Shown here piece after piece: positions 49,791-64,000 of a DNA stretch of 64,000 nt. Positions within the stretch are counted from its first letter, which is position 1. Every line of letters begins with the position of its first letter. The stretch covers positions 28,404 to 92,403 of the forward strand of contig CABXDN010000004.1 of the NCBI GenBank assembly GCA_902511005.1, given 5' to 3'. The notes under the pieces were generated by a model that was given only the letters and a program-made list of their open reading frames with translations, searched no databases and was not told where the DNA came from. The DNA is from an uncultured Candidatus Poseidoniales archaeon. Its GTDB lineage: Archaea > Thermoplasmatota > Poseidoniia > Poseidoniales > Thalassarchaeaceae. The position numbers were made by a program, and so were the translations under genes.

Positions 49791-50732
49791 TCAAGAAGTT
49801 GTAAGTCTTTCACTCTCGAGTTGAACGATTTTCACCCCTATTAAAATCATTATAAATCCTATAATAATAGTGTATCCCAATCTCTCATCTAGTAACCACC
49901 AACCGCCTAATATCCCAAAAACAGGAACTAAGAAAATATATGATGATGCAGAAGTAGCACCTAGTTTTTCTATTCCAATAGTGAACCAGTAATATGCGAG
50001 TACAGTCGAAAAAGCTCCTAAATAGAATATTGCAAACCACCCCTCTTTTGATGGATTTGGTATGCCATAATTCCAAGTCTCATAAATCATAAAGGGCGTA
50101 ATCATAATTGTACCTATCATGGAATACCAAACAACAATCTCTAATGATGAATAATTATTTTCACCATCTTTGCCCTCCATCAAACGTTTGGTCATATTTG
50201 TAGTAGTCGCCCAAGATAGTGACGCGAAAAGTATCAGTAGATCGCCAAATATCCTTTCTTCAAATTTAATTTGTGTATTCGGACTCCATCCCGTGACTAT
50301 TCCTACGCCTAAAAATCCACATAATAAACCTAAAAACATTTTTTTAGATATTTCTTGACCAAGTAAAGGAGCGGCTAGTATTACTGTGAATATCGGGTTA
50401 AATGTGATTATCAAAGATGCGTCTCCTGCAGCAGTATAGAACATACCATGCATAAAGAAAAATTGATAGCATAATACTCCAGTAAAGCCGATTATTATCA
50501 AACTCCTAAATGTTTTCTTATTATCTGGAAACCACCTTACATCTTTCCCACTTACAGCATTAACAGCGAACCATAGATAGAAAATCATCATCGTTAATAT
50601 GTACCTTAACCAAGCTCCCGTCATGGGTGGTAATTCTAATGATAACATCCTCCCGATAGCCCAAGATAGTCCCCAAATTATTGCTACCATAATCATGAGT
50701 AAGTGTGTTCCAAAGTTATTATCTTCCTTCAT
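49791..50732 (-). CDS. EamA/DMT family transporter
   Basis: About 10 TM helices, IWGLSW, ASLII-FNPIFT-LLGQ, GDLLIL and LVPVFG-LLDE. Confidence 0.9.
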   Translation of the reverse strand: MKEDNNFGTHLLMIMVAIIWGLSWAIGRMLSLELPPMTGAWLRYILTMMIFYLWFAVNAVSGKDVRWFPDNKKTFRSLIIIGFTGVLCYQFFFMHGMFYTAAGDASLIITFNPIFTVILAAPLLGQEISKKMFLGLLCGFLGVGIVTGWSPNTQIKFEERIFGDLLILFASLSWATTTNMTKRLMEGKDGENNYSSLEIVVWYSMIGTIMITPFMIYETWNYGIPNPSKEGWFAIFYLGAFSTVLAYYWFTIGIEKLGATSASSYIFLVPVFGILGGWWLLDERLGYTIIIGFIMILIGVKIVQLESERLTTS

Positions 50733-50889
50733 CGAACCACTCTATCTGTAACTTCCGATAACCTGTAGTAATTTATGTATCCGCCTGTCAATATATACTT
50801 ACTTTCTACCCCTGCCAAGCGATTTGCTTATGCACCCCCTGCTTTGTGGTATTACTCACGCTCCGGCGTTAGCATTGGAATGATTAGAA

Positions 50890-53586
50890 ATGTCGAAGAG
50901 ATCAATGTTAGATCAATTTGCTGAAATCAAGGCTCAGCACCCCGATACGGTCTTATTTTTTAGAATGGGAGATTTTTATGAAATGTTTCATGAAGATGCA
51001 GTTGTTGCATCAGAAGTTCTCGGAATAACATTAACTAGTCGTGATAAAAATTCCGATAACCCTGTTGCGATGGCAGGTGTTCCATGGCATTCAGTCGAGT
51101 CTTATCTTCAGTCAATGCTACGCGCAGGTTACAAAGTTACTATGTGTGAACAGGAAGAAGAGTTACGTCCGGGTTCTAAGATTCTTGAAAGAGTAGTTAC
51201 CAGAGTTTACACTCCTGGTTCATTATATGAGGAGAACCTTATTGGAGAAGACGGCTCGAGTATTTTAGCTGCAATTTCAGTTAAGGATGACAAAATTGGA
51301 CTAGCAATACTCGATTCTTCAACAGGCCGTTCTTGGGTTCAAGAGCAATCAGGTGCGGGACGATGGGAGAGGATTAAAGATGAAATCCAACGTTGGTCAC
51401 CTAGTGAATTAGTTGTATCTAAAAAAGATGCTTTATCAGATGTTATACTATCATTAGTTTCCGATCTAGATAATATACTAATGAGTATTCATGATGCTAA
51501 CGCTGAGCAAAGGCTACAATCAGTTCGTGAACATCTGCAAATTTCTGATCTTGGGAGTGTTGATTTAGATTCTAAACCATTGGCACTTCAGGCCTGTGGA
51601 CTTGCGGCAGGATATATCGCCCATTTACATCTAATTGACACTGTTCCTCTCAGAGAAGTACATTTTGATGCAGACGATGGCCACCTTGTTCTAGATCAGA
51701 CCACTTTAAGAAATTTGGAATTAAGCCATACTCTGATAGGTGAGAAGCAAGGTTCACTAATTCAATGCATAGATTCGACAAGAACTTGGATGGGCAGAAG
51801 ACTACTAAAAGAGTGGATAATGAGGCCTCTAACAAATAAAGAAATTATTGCATCAAGGCATTTAGCCGTCAGAAGTTTATTCAAGGCTCCAAGGAGGTTA
51901 GACTCAATACGAGAGAATCTTAAATCGATGCGAGATTTAGAGCGTTTATCTACTCGACTGGCTTATGGTAGAGCGAATGCAAGAGATTTAGTTGCAGTTT
52001 CTGAATGCTTAGAAAGAATGCCCAAATTACAGACATTACTGACTGAAGGTAACTCTGAACTCCTTCATAGTTCCTCTTTAGGTTTGAATAATTTAGATTC
52101 AATAAGAGAACTTATCTGCAGTAAAATTGTTGATGAACCTCCCGCATCGATAAGAGATGGTGGTATTTTCCGATATGGTGTCGATAAACAACTTGATGAT
52201 CTAAGAAGTAAAGCAAGTGAAGGTACCAGTTGGCTGAAAGAATTTGAGTCTAAAGAGAGAGAAAAACTTGATATCCCGAATCTTAAAATAAAGCATAATA
52301 GGCAATTTGGCTTTTTTATCGAGATTACTAAATCACACGTAGGTAAGGTTCCGGATAATTACAGACGACGACAAACAATGACTAATGCAGAAAGATATAC
52401 TACTGATGAGTTAGTAGGCTGGGAAGAGATAATACTCACTGCTGACGATAGGGCAAAGGCTCTTGAAAAAGAGCTTTTCATTAATCTCAGAAATAGCGTA
52501 GCCAATCATTCATCCGAATTAGCAACAATAGCAAGGCAAATAGCTACAACTGATGTAATATCTTCCTTTGCAATTCATGCTAGAAAAAACTCTTGGTGTA
52601 AACCAGAAATAACGGATGAGAGCAAGATAGAGATTATTTCTGGTCGTCATCCCGTATTAGAAGCAGATGGAAGATTTGTCCCAAATGATGTCAAGTTAGA
52701 TGAAAAGAGGAGTTTCTTATTACTGACTGGTCCAAATATGGGTGGTAAATCTACTTATCTTCGGCAAACTGCACTGATATCAATTTTAGCTCAAGCCGGA
52801 TCTTATGTGCCTGCTGAAAAAGCTAAGATTGGATTAATAGATCGTGTTTTCACAAGAGTTGGTGCTCATGATGATCTACGCCGAGGCCGTTCAACGTTTA
52901 TGATGGAGATGATTGAAGTAGCTCATATATTGCGCCGTGCCACTGATAAAAGTCTGATTTTACTAGATGAAATCGGTCGAGGGACTTCAACCTTTGATGG
53001 TTTAGCCATAGCTTGGTCCGTTACTGAAGATATCTGTAAAAGGTTAGGTTCTAGAACTCTTTTCGCCACACATTATCATCAACTAATTGGATTAGAAGCT
53101 GAATTTAAAAATTTAGCAAATATTCATGTCCAAGTAGCAGATGTCAATGGAGAAATACGCTTTCTTCACACAATTTCAGAAGGTTCTTGCGATGACTCCT
53201 ATGGGGTTCAGGTAGCAGCATTAGCAGGTTTACCAATTTCAGTGGTTGAGAGGGCTAGAGATTTACTTATATTTCTTGAAAGTCAGGCTCAAGGCGCCAA
53301 AGCAGGTTCTTCCAATTCGCCAGATTCAAGACCAAATGGTCAATCCAGTATTTACGGTTGGATGTTAAACTCTGCGAATCAAAATGAATTAATTCCTAAT
53401 GAATCGAAACCATTAGTTTTAGATGTAAAAGAAGAAATAATTATTGATCCTGTGCTCAAAGAAATTTCAGCACGTCTTCGCTCTTTAGATCCGGATAATC
53501 TAAGTCCTAGAGAGTCTCAAGAGGTTTTGTATGCTATGATTGATTCACTTGAAAAATCTAGATTTTCTGATTTATTGGAGGAATAA
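50890..53586 (+). CDS. mutS: DNA mismatch repair protein MutS (MutS1)
   Basis: FFRMGDFYEMF mismatch-binding motif, GRHPV, TGPNMGGKST, STFMMEM, DEIGRGTST, FATHYH and SYGVQVA. Confidence 0.97.
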   Translation: MSKRSMLDQFAEIKAQHPDTVLFFRMGDFYEMFHEDAVVASEVLGITLTSRDKNSDNPVAMAGVPWHSVESYLQSMLRAGYKVTMCEQEEELRPGSKILERVVTRVYTPGSLYEENLIGEDGSSILAAISVKDDKIGLAILDSSTGRSWVQEQSGAGRWERIKDEIQRWSPSELVVSKKDALSDVILSLVSDLDNILMSIHDANAEQRLQSVREHLQISDLGSVDLDSKPLALQACGLAAGYIAHLHLIDTVPLREVHFDADDGHLVLDQTTLRNLELSHTLIGEKQGSLIQCIDSTRTWMGRRLLKEWIMRPLTNKEIIASRHLAVRSLFKAPRRLDSIRENLKSMRDLERLSTRLAYGRANARDLVAVSECLERMPKLQTLLTEGNSELLHSSSLGLNNLDSIRELICSKIVDEPPASIRDGGIFRYGVDKQLDDLRSKASEGTSWLKEFESKEREKLDIPNLKIKHNRQFGFFIEITKSHVGKVPDNYRRRQTMTNAERYTTDELVGWEEIILTADDRAKALEKELFINLRNSVANHSSELATIARQIATTDVISSFAIHARKNSWCKPEITDESKIEIISGRHPVLEADGRFVPNDVKLDEKRSFLLLTGPNMGGKSTYLRQTALISILAQAGSYVPAEKAKIGLIDRVFTRVGAHDDLRRGRSTFMMEMIEVAHILRRATDKSLILLDEIGRGTSTFDGLAIAWSVTEDICKRLGSRTLFATHYHQLIGLEAEFKNLANIHVQVADVNGEIRFLHTISEGSCDDSYGVQVAALAGLPISVVERARDLLIFLESQAQGAKAGSSNSPDSRPNGQSSIYGWMLNSANQNELIPNESKPLVLDVKEEIIIDPVLKEISARLRSLDPDNLSPRESQEVLYAMIDSLEKSRFSDLLEE

Positions 53587-53587
53587 T

Positions 53588-55534
53588 ATGTCATCTAATT
53601 CTCGGCAGTCAATCATCCAACTTGATGAGTTAACTATTGATTTAATCGCCGCAGGAGAAGTAGTGGAAAGGCCTGCTCAAGTGGTAAAGGAACTAGTTGA
53701 AAATTCTATAGACTCAGGTAGCAGCCAAATAAGAATTGAGATTGAAAAAGGTGGATTTGATAGAATATCTGTTATTGATAATGGGCATGGAATACCTAGA
53801 GAAGAATTGAAACTAGCGATTAAAAGACATGCCACAAGTAAACTTTCAGTACCTGAAGATCTTAATCGAATCGTTACTAAAGGTTTTAGAGGCGAAGCAT
53901 TAGCATCAATTGCTGCAGTTAGTGAGTTGATATTATCAAGTAAAGTTAAAGATTCAGATGGGTTTTCTATCTTAGTAGATAATGGAGTTGTTGGAAAAAT
54001 TGAGCCAGTTGGTATAGCTCCAGGTACAAAGGTAGATGTCCTTAATTTGTTTAAAAAAATCCCTGCACGTTTATCTTTTCAAAGAAGGCCTTCAACTGAG
54101 AATGCAGCAATTGTAGATATAGCAATCTCTTTGGCCTTGAGTGAACCGAAAACAGGAATAATAGTGGAATTAGACGGAAGAAAAGTACTAGATTGTCCTC
54201 CTTGCGAAGGTATGGAAGACCGATTATACGATCTCTTTGGTTCGACATCGTCCAAATTAATTTCACTAGAATTTTCAGATGATGATAGAGATGCGCCGGG
54301 TGATGAAGTTTGGAGTGGATGGATATCTCCACCCGGAATATCACGTTCACGTTCAGATGATATTCACGTTCTCGTCAATGGACGTCCAGTTAGCACAGGG
54401 CCATTTCTTCAATCAATAAGAAGAGGCTATCATACTAGACTAATGGTGGGGCGCCATCCTATTGGCGTAATATCTCTTAATTTACCTCCAAGCGAGGTAG
54501 ACGTAAATGTTCATCCTACAAAACGTGAAGTTAGATTGCAATATTCTTGGAGAGTTTTGGAGAGATTAGAGCGGTCTATTCAATATACTCTCAGTAAAGT
54601 TTCAACACAACCTGAATCTAAGAATTTAACATTACTTGAAGGATTGGAAGTTAAGCCAGATAATGTCCAAAATTCGGATATATTTGTTCCATCATGGGCT
54701 CAAGTAGAAAATAAAGAAACTATACAGACTCACTTTAGTAGCATTCGAGGAGCAATGCCATCGAGTGAAAGATTAGGAAATAAAATCTCATCAAATGAAT
54801 TAGAACAAGAAACATTGCCAGGTCTGAACCCTAATCCGATATCTCCCTCATTATCTTCTGCAGAGCGTTCGTTACACCGACTTTCTATCTCAGGAGATTC
54901 AATTTCTCCAATAGACGAACCGACACCTAAAGCAGCAATAATACCAGAGTTGCCCGAAATGGAAGTATTATGTCAGTTTTCTAATTCATATATATTGGCT
55001 GAAGGTAATAATGAATTATTTATCATTGATCAACATGCTCTTCATGAAAGAATCAGATATGAGCGATTGCGTCCTTCTATGGTTGACTGGGATCCTCAAA
55101 AATTAATCATATCAGTCCCAATATCATTGGGGGTAAGGGAATTAGCCGCTGCTCGTTCTGAGTCTAAAAGACTCTTACAATTGGGTTTTGAATTTTCTGA
55201 ATCTGACGAAGGAATTGTGGTTACTTCGGTCCCAAATGTACTTGTTGGAGATAGTGGATTAATTGAATTTTTACATGACATTCTGATTGATATATCATCT
55301 AATCCAGAATCAGGAGGGATAGATACAGTTGAAAAATTACGAGATAAAGTTGCTTTTATGAAGTCCTGTAGAGGTTCAGTTAAAGCAAATCAGAAACTGA
55401 ATCTTTCAGAAATGAGACGTCTTTTAATGGATATGCGTACAGTTCCAAATCCATGGGCATGTGTTCATGGAAGACCTACTATTCTCAAGTTGACTCAAAA
55501 TCACCTGGACAAGCATTTTGGACGTCATGGTTGA
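53588..55534 (+). CDS. mutL: DNA mismatch repair protein MutL with endonuclease motif
   Basis: IAAGEVVERP, KELVENSID, HATSK, GFRGEALASI, DVNVHPTK, DQHALHERIRYE, SCR and CVHGRP. Confidence 0.97.
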   Translation: MSSNSRQSIIQLDELTIDLIAAGEVVERPAQVVKELVENSIDSGSSQIRIEIEKGGFDRISVIDNGHGIPREELKLAIKRHATSKLSVPEDLNRIVTKGFRGEALASIAAVSELILSSKVKDSDGFSILVDNGVVGKIEPVGIAPGTKVDVLNLFKKIPARLSFQRRPSTENAAIVDIAISLALSEPKTGIIVELDGRKVLDCPPCEGMEDRLYDLFGSTSSKLISLEFSDDDRDAPGDEVWSGWISPPGISRSRSDDIHVLVNGRPVSTGPFLQSIRRGYHTRLMVGRHPIGVISLNLPPSEVDVNVHPTKREVRLQYSWRVLERLERSIQYTLSKVSTQPESKNLTLLEGLEVKPDNVQNSDIFVPSWAQVENKETIQTHFSSIRGAMPSSERLGNKISSNELEQETLPGLNPNPISPSLSSAERSLHRLSISGDSISPIDEPTPKAAIIPELPEMEVLCQFSNSYILAEGNNELFIIDQHALHERIRYERLRPSMVDWDPQKLIISVPISLGVRELAAARSESKRLLQLGFEFSESDEGIVVTSVPNVLVGDSGLIEFLHDILIDISSNPESGGIDTVEKLRDKVAFMKSCRGSVKANQKLNLSEMRRLLMDMRTVPNPWACVHGRPTILKLTQNHLDKHFGRHG

Positions 55535-56727
55535 AGTATTTCTAGAGTTTTTATCATTTCAAGAAAATCAGGATGTGTGACTTTAATTATTTCAGGATTC
55601 ATTATTTTCCCACCACAGTAAGTTGCTAAAATCACTGCCGTCATTGCTAATCTATGATCCATATGAGTATCTATAGGTTCATTTGGTATCTTAGGTATTT
55701 CTCCACCTAGTAAAGATAGTCCGTCTTTCTTTGTAGAACAACTGAGTGAAAATTCTCTAAGAAGTTCGCAAGTTCTGAAGATTCTATCAGACTCTTTACC
55801 CTTAGTATGTGCTGCCCCAATAATATCGCCTCCACTAGATATTGCCATTAATGCGGCAGCAGGAGTAATTATGTCACTTGCATCTCTAAGATTTATTATA
55901 TTTATATCTGGATCTTCTAATAATTCTAGTGTATTAAAGAGTAATTCATCTATATCTTGTTCTTCAATTTCTACCTGTAAATTTTGGTGTAAGTTGTCTA
56001 GTAAGATAGCCATAGGATAAAGGCTCATTTCACTAGGTATTTTTACTGTCTTTGGAGTTATAATTTCCCAACTGGAAAGTTCTATTGTGTTGCCTAGGAT
56101 ATTCTGTTTCAAACCCCATTTTTCGGCTATCTTACAGGTTAATTGCAAATACCCTCTACTAACTTCTTGTCCAATAATTGTTAAGTTCATTGCACTCTTA
56201 AAATCCGAAGAGCATAATATTAGTGCACTTATCGGTTGACTTGACTCTGAGGCATCAATTTCTATGTCTTTCGGATTTATTGGGCCTTTGACTGTACATG
56301 GGAATCCATCTGAAGATATTTCACAACCTAATTGTTTCAGACACGATGATAATATTGAATTACTCCTTTTTCGCAAAGAGATATCGCCATCGATAGTTAT
56401 CTCAGAATCAAAGGTTGCAGCTAAAGCAGTCATTATTCTAGCAACAGTACCTGAATTCCCGCAATATATGGTTTCTTTTGGAAGAATAAGACCATTCTTG
56501 GGTGGATATACAATCCATTTAGAAGTTTTTTTACTTATTTTTACACCCATTTTTTCTAAGCATTTTGCCATTGATACGATATCCTCTCCAGGGGTTCCCT
56601 GAAAATTAATTTCGGTAACTTCAGATGATTTTGATGCAAGCATTAGTTCCCTAATCATATGACTCTTTGAAGGTGGTAATTTGTAATGAAAAACACCATT
56701 TGGGGTCATAGGTTGTATCTGTTCCAC
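55525..56727 (-). CDS. aroA: 3-phosphoshikimate 1-carboxyvinyltransferase (EPSP synthase)
   Basis: PPSKSH-IR, CGNSGT-R, GD-SL-KR, SSQPIS, KESDRI, DHRLAM and THPDF. Confidence 0.9.
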   Translation of the reverse strand: MEQIQPMTPNGVFHYKLPPSKSHMIRELMLASKSSEVTEINFQGTPGEDIVSMAKCLEKMGVKISKKTSKWIVYPPKNGLILPKETIYCGNSGTVARIMTALAATFDSEITIDGDISLRKRSNSILSSCLKQLGCEISSDGFPCTVKGPINPKDIEIDASESSQPISALILCSSDFKSAMNLTIIGQEVSRGYLQLTCKIAEKWGLKQNILGNTIELSSWEIITPKTVKIPSEMSLYPMAILLDNLHQNLQVEIEEQDIDELLFNTLELLEDPDINIINLRDASDIITPAAALMAISSGGDIIGAAHTKGKESDRIFRTCELLREFSLSCSTKKDGLSLLGGEIPKIPNEPIDTHMDHRLAMTAVILATYCGGKIMNPEIIKVTHPDFLEMIKTLEILQP

Positions 56728-56763
56728 AACTTTGCATAGTTGGGTACTTGTTGAATACTCTTG

Positions 56764-57609
56764 TCAGGAGTCCACAATTCTTATTGCATCTCCAAAGTCA
56801 CATTCTTGGTCCCAAGATCTGGCTCTTTCCTCAACTTGATTGAGTTTCATTTCTTCCTCAATACTGCCCCCCCTCAACTTAACTAAATTATTTCTTTTCA
56901 ATAATCTTGGACTTAATCCAGGTAATATCACGCCTATTGCACGAGGCACTCTTCCGGGGTATACATCATTGACGTGTGATGCGATATTTGTCGTACAGTT
57001 ATTGAATAGACTATTATAAAATTCAGGATTTTCATATAACTGGTTGGTCCTTCTAAGATAAGATTCTAACATCCTACATTGATTTCCTTCTCCTAGGATT
57101 ATAGCTTCAAAAAGATGTGTTTCTGATTTCCTGCATCTACTTCTTACTCCGATTACATCTTTCTCAGTAGCCCAAACATACATTATCTCAAACTCTCTCA
57201 ATAATCCTTTGATGGGACTGAACTTTTCTCCGGGTTCTCTTCTTACTTCAATAGAGCAAGAAATCCTTGTGCCATCCTTAAATTCAAAACTTAGAAGAGT
57301 ATGAGCAATCGGTCTTCTTGTCGGGTAAAAATATTCTAAAACTAACCATATTTTAGTACAGTCTGAAATCTTGAATCTTTTTTCTATCCATTTTTCGTCA
57401 AAATCTTTAGTAGTTCTCCAATCAAAATCTCTTACATTTTTAAGTATTACTTCATCATTATCTATCTCTGCATATGCAATATATTTATTTTCGTTGACCC
57501 ATGATAAATCATTTGAAGGTGTCAAGTGTCTAATTCGTCTCCAAACTGAATAAATACCTATTATACACAAGATTAGGAGACTTAAACCCAGCAGAGTCAG
57601 GTTGCTCAT
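56764..57609 (-). CDS. DUF4105 (Lnb N-terminal-like) membrane-anchored protein
   Basis: N-terminal TM helix, NVRDFDW, AHTLLSFEF-DG, SIEVRRE and FYNSLFNNCTTN. Confidence 0.8.
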   Translation of the reverse strand: MSNLTLLGLSLLILCIIGIYSVWRRIRHLTPSNDLSWVNENKYIAYAEIDNDEVILKNVRDFDWRTTKDFDEKWIEKRFKISDCTKIWLVLEYFYPTRRPIAHTLLSFEFKDGTRISCSIEVRREPGEKFSPIKGLLREFEIMYVWATEKDVIGVRSRCRKSETHLFEAIILGEGNQCRMLESYLRRTNQLYENPEFYNSLFNNCTTNIASHVNDVYPGRVPRAIGVILPGLSPRLLKRNNLVKLRGGSIEEEMKLNQVEERARSWDQECDFGDAIRIVDS

Positions 57610-57654
57610 ACATCTTCAGAAGATGACACAAACAAGAAACCTCCTATCGGTTAG

Positions 57655-57741
57655 TGGCGCGGCAGGGGAGATTCGAACTCCCGAGGTGAAACACCACTGG
57701 ATTAGCAATCCAGCGCAATGGCCAGGCTATGCGACTGCCGC
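57655..57741 (-). tRNA. tRNA-Ser (GCT), CCA encoded
   Basis: Reverse complement GCGGCAGTCGCATAGCCTGGCCATTGCGCTGGATTGCTAATCCAGTGGTGTTTCACCTCGGGAGTTCGAATCTCCCCTGCCGCGCCA. Anticodon stem CTGGA/TCCAG, long variable arm, G discriminator. Confidence 0.96.
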
Positions 57742-57787
57742 AATATGCATCCGAGTTTTGATTATGGCTTAAGAAGAACGGTCTCAA

Positions 57788-62513
<4,726 letters not shown>

Positions 62514-62668
62514 AAATCACTGTATTATTGGGGTGTCAGGGGGTTATTGAATGCTTTCGATATCTTTCTCCAAATTAGCCTAAATACCTCTAAAAAGAGC
62601 CTTTCATGATTTTATTCTCTGAGAAAACACTCGGCACGATTAAACGGGATTCATTTCTCCCGCGAGCA

Positions 62669-63475
62669 ATGAGTTTGCCTCTGGTATGCGTTACTCTTAC
62701 GGGTTGCACTGTTGATGCAATGCTGAAAGATGCAGCTAGAGCCACTGCGGCAGGAGCAGATATCGTCGAAGTTCGTCTCGATAAATTATGGGTAATCGAG
62801 CAAGAACCAGAACCAGTTGAAGTGAGAAATTCAGATTCTACAGATACGCGTAGATCAACTTATGTCGCTCCAACATATCTTCAACAACCAATCGATTCGG
62901 TTGATCTTGATTCCTCATTAATTTCATTTAGAACTGGAATAGAATTGCCTGTAATTTTGACTTGCAGGCCAGAGAGGCAAGGGGGTCACTATCCTGGTTC
63001 TGAAAAAGATCGTATTGCAGTTTTATCAAAGGCGATAAAGAGCGGCGTAAGTTGGATTGACTTAGAAATTGATATCGATACCAAGGAAAGAAAGAAATTA
63101 GTTAAATTAACAGGAGATAGTACAAAAATCATAGCATCAAATCATTACGACGGTCCTCCAAGTTCTCCTGAGGATATAGTTGAAGAAATTTTGGACATTT
63201 CTGATTCCGGAGATATAATAAAATTTGTATTTAACACAAGTGGTAAAAAAGATGCATTGAAACTATTTGATGTTGCTTGGAGAACGAAGGAATCAGAATG
63301 TAAATTATCTATTATGGGTATAGGTGCAGGCGGTGATTGGACCCGTATTCATGCCCCTTTACTTAATCAAAATATTGTATATACTACAATGGAAAATGGT
63401 TGGCATCTCGCTCAGCAAGGAAAAATAAATACTAGTGATCTCCAAACCGCTTGGAAACTACTGGAATATAATTAG
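62669..63475 (+). CDS. aroD: Type I 3-dehydroquinate dehydratase
   Basis: GADIVEVRLD, PVILTCR-QGG, WIDLE, IIASNH, IIKFV, MG-G-TRI and QGKI. Confidence 0.88.
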   Translation: MSLPLVCVTLTGCTVDAMLKDAARATAAGADIVEVRLDKLWVIEQEPEPVEVRNSDSTDTRRSTYVAPTYLQQPIDSVDLDSSLISFRTGIELPVILTCRPERQGGHYPGSEKDRIAVLSKAIKSGVSWIDLEIDIDTKERKKLVKLTGDSTKIIASNHYDGPPSSPEDIVEEILDISDSGDIIKFVFNTSGKKDALKLFDVAWRTKESECKLSIMGIGAGGDWTRIHAPLLNQNIVYTTMENGWHLAQQGKINTSDLQTAWKLLEYN

Positions 63476-64000
63476 TTCTGTTCTTCTAATAATGGGATAA
63501 CTTCTTTATCTCCTACACTAGAATTATCTAATCCATATGAATTATATTTGCTATTGATTATGAAAGGGACAATTAAGCAAGATAGAGGTAGAATTGCTAC
63601 CAATATGTATGCAGTGAATTTAGGCAAAACCAGCCTTTCCTCGACATCTACTAAGAGTTCGATATTCAATACGCCACCCGCTGCTGATTGATCTGTATTC
63701 CGGTTATTATCCCAATTATCAAAAACCAGATAATATTCCGTTTGAGTTTCACCAAACCAAGATGATGAGACGGAATCTATTGCTACCGAAAAGTAACCTT
63801 CTGTGACCTTTTCATAACTGTGTACGTCTCTAAATGGCATCCAAGTTGCAGTATCTCTATATTCAACAGGTAAGAATCCAATTACATCTAACCAATCTTC
63901 AGTTCTAAGATCGTAATTACCCTCATAGAAATCCCAATTGCCATCCGTCATCAAGTATATGTCGCCTTTAGCACCGTTACTTGGTGGTGATTCAGGGTCT
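63472..64000 (-). CDS. Hypothetical protein with C-terminal TM anchor; 5' end beyond the window
   Basis: The frame stays open to position 64000 (DPESPPSNGAKGDIYLMTDGNW...). YYLVFDNWDN beta-rich segment and TM helix AYILVAILPLSCLIVPFII. Confidence 0.7.
   Translation of the reverse strand, partial: DPESPPSNGAKGDIYLMTDGNWDFYEGNYDLRTEDWLDVIGFLPVEYRDTATWMPFRDVHSYEKVTEGYFSVAIDSVSSSWFGETQTEYYLVFDNWDNNRNTDQSAAGGVLNIELLVDVEERLVLPKFTAYILVAILPLSCLIVPFIINSKYNSYGLDNSSVGDKEVIPLLEEQN

Noticed and set aside
57655-57741. tRNA genes as integration sites of a mobile element
   Set aside because: No integrase and no duplicated tRNA 3' end were seen near either tRNA.

Overview
This is a gene-dense, AT-rich archaeal chromosome segment. 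Archaeal core genes (GatD, pelota, RPA, aIF2-gamma, S6e, L10e, Dph2, Orc1/Cdc6, an A-type ATP synthase operon, GGPP synthase and geranylgeranyl reductase) sit alongside bacterial-type genes (gyrAB, mutS/mutL, RNase PH, mog, class II HMG-CoA reductase). That mix points to Marine Group II Euryarchaeota (Poseidoniales), which is an inference. There are two tRNAs (Phe-GAA, Ser-GCT), both with encoded CCA. I saw no CRISPR array, rRNA or mobile element. The most striking unexplained feature is the 365-bp intergenic region 41383-41747. It holds one ORB-like box, two very AT-rich tracts and CGTTAAYAA repeats in both orientations at 11-bp spacing. Directly downstream is an orphan gene encoding a degenerate AAA+ domain, an acidic linker, a PIP-like box and a winged helix. 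The locus lies between smc-scpA-scpB and cdc6/mutSL/gyrAB and is a candidate origin or chromosome-organisation system. Other points of interest: a frameshift in a G11 tract of a membrane protein gene, several apparent pseudoenzymes (HemC-like, site-2-protease-like, PfkB-like), PIP-like motifs in ScpB and MutS, and a perfect hairpin in the gyrB leader. All family assignments come from recognising motifs by eye; no searches were run.
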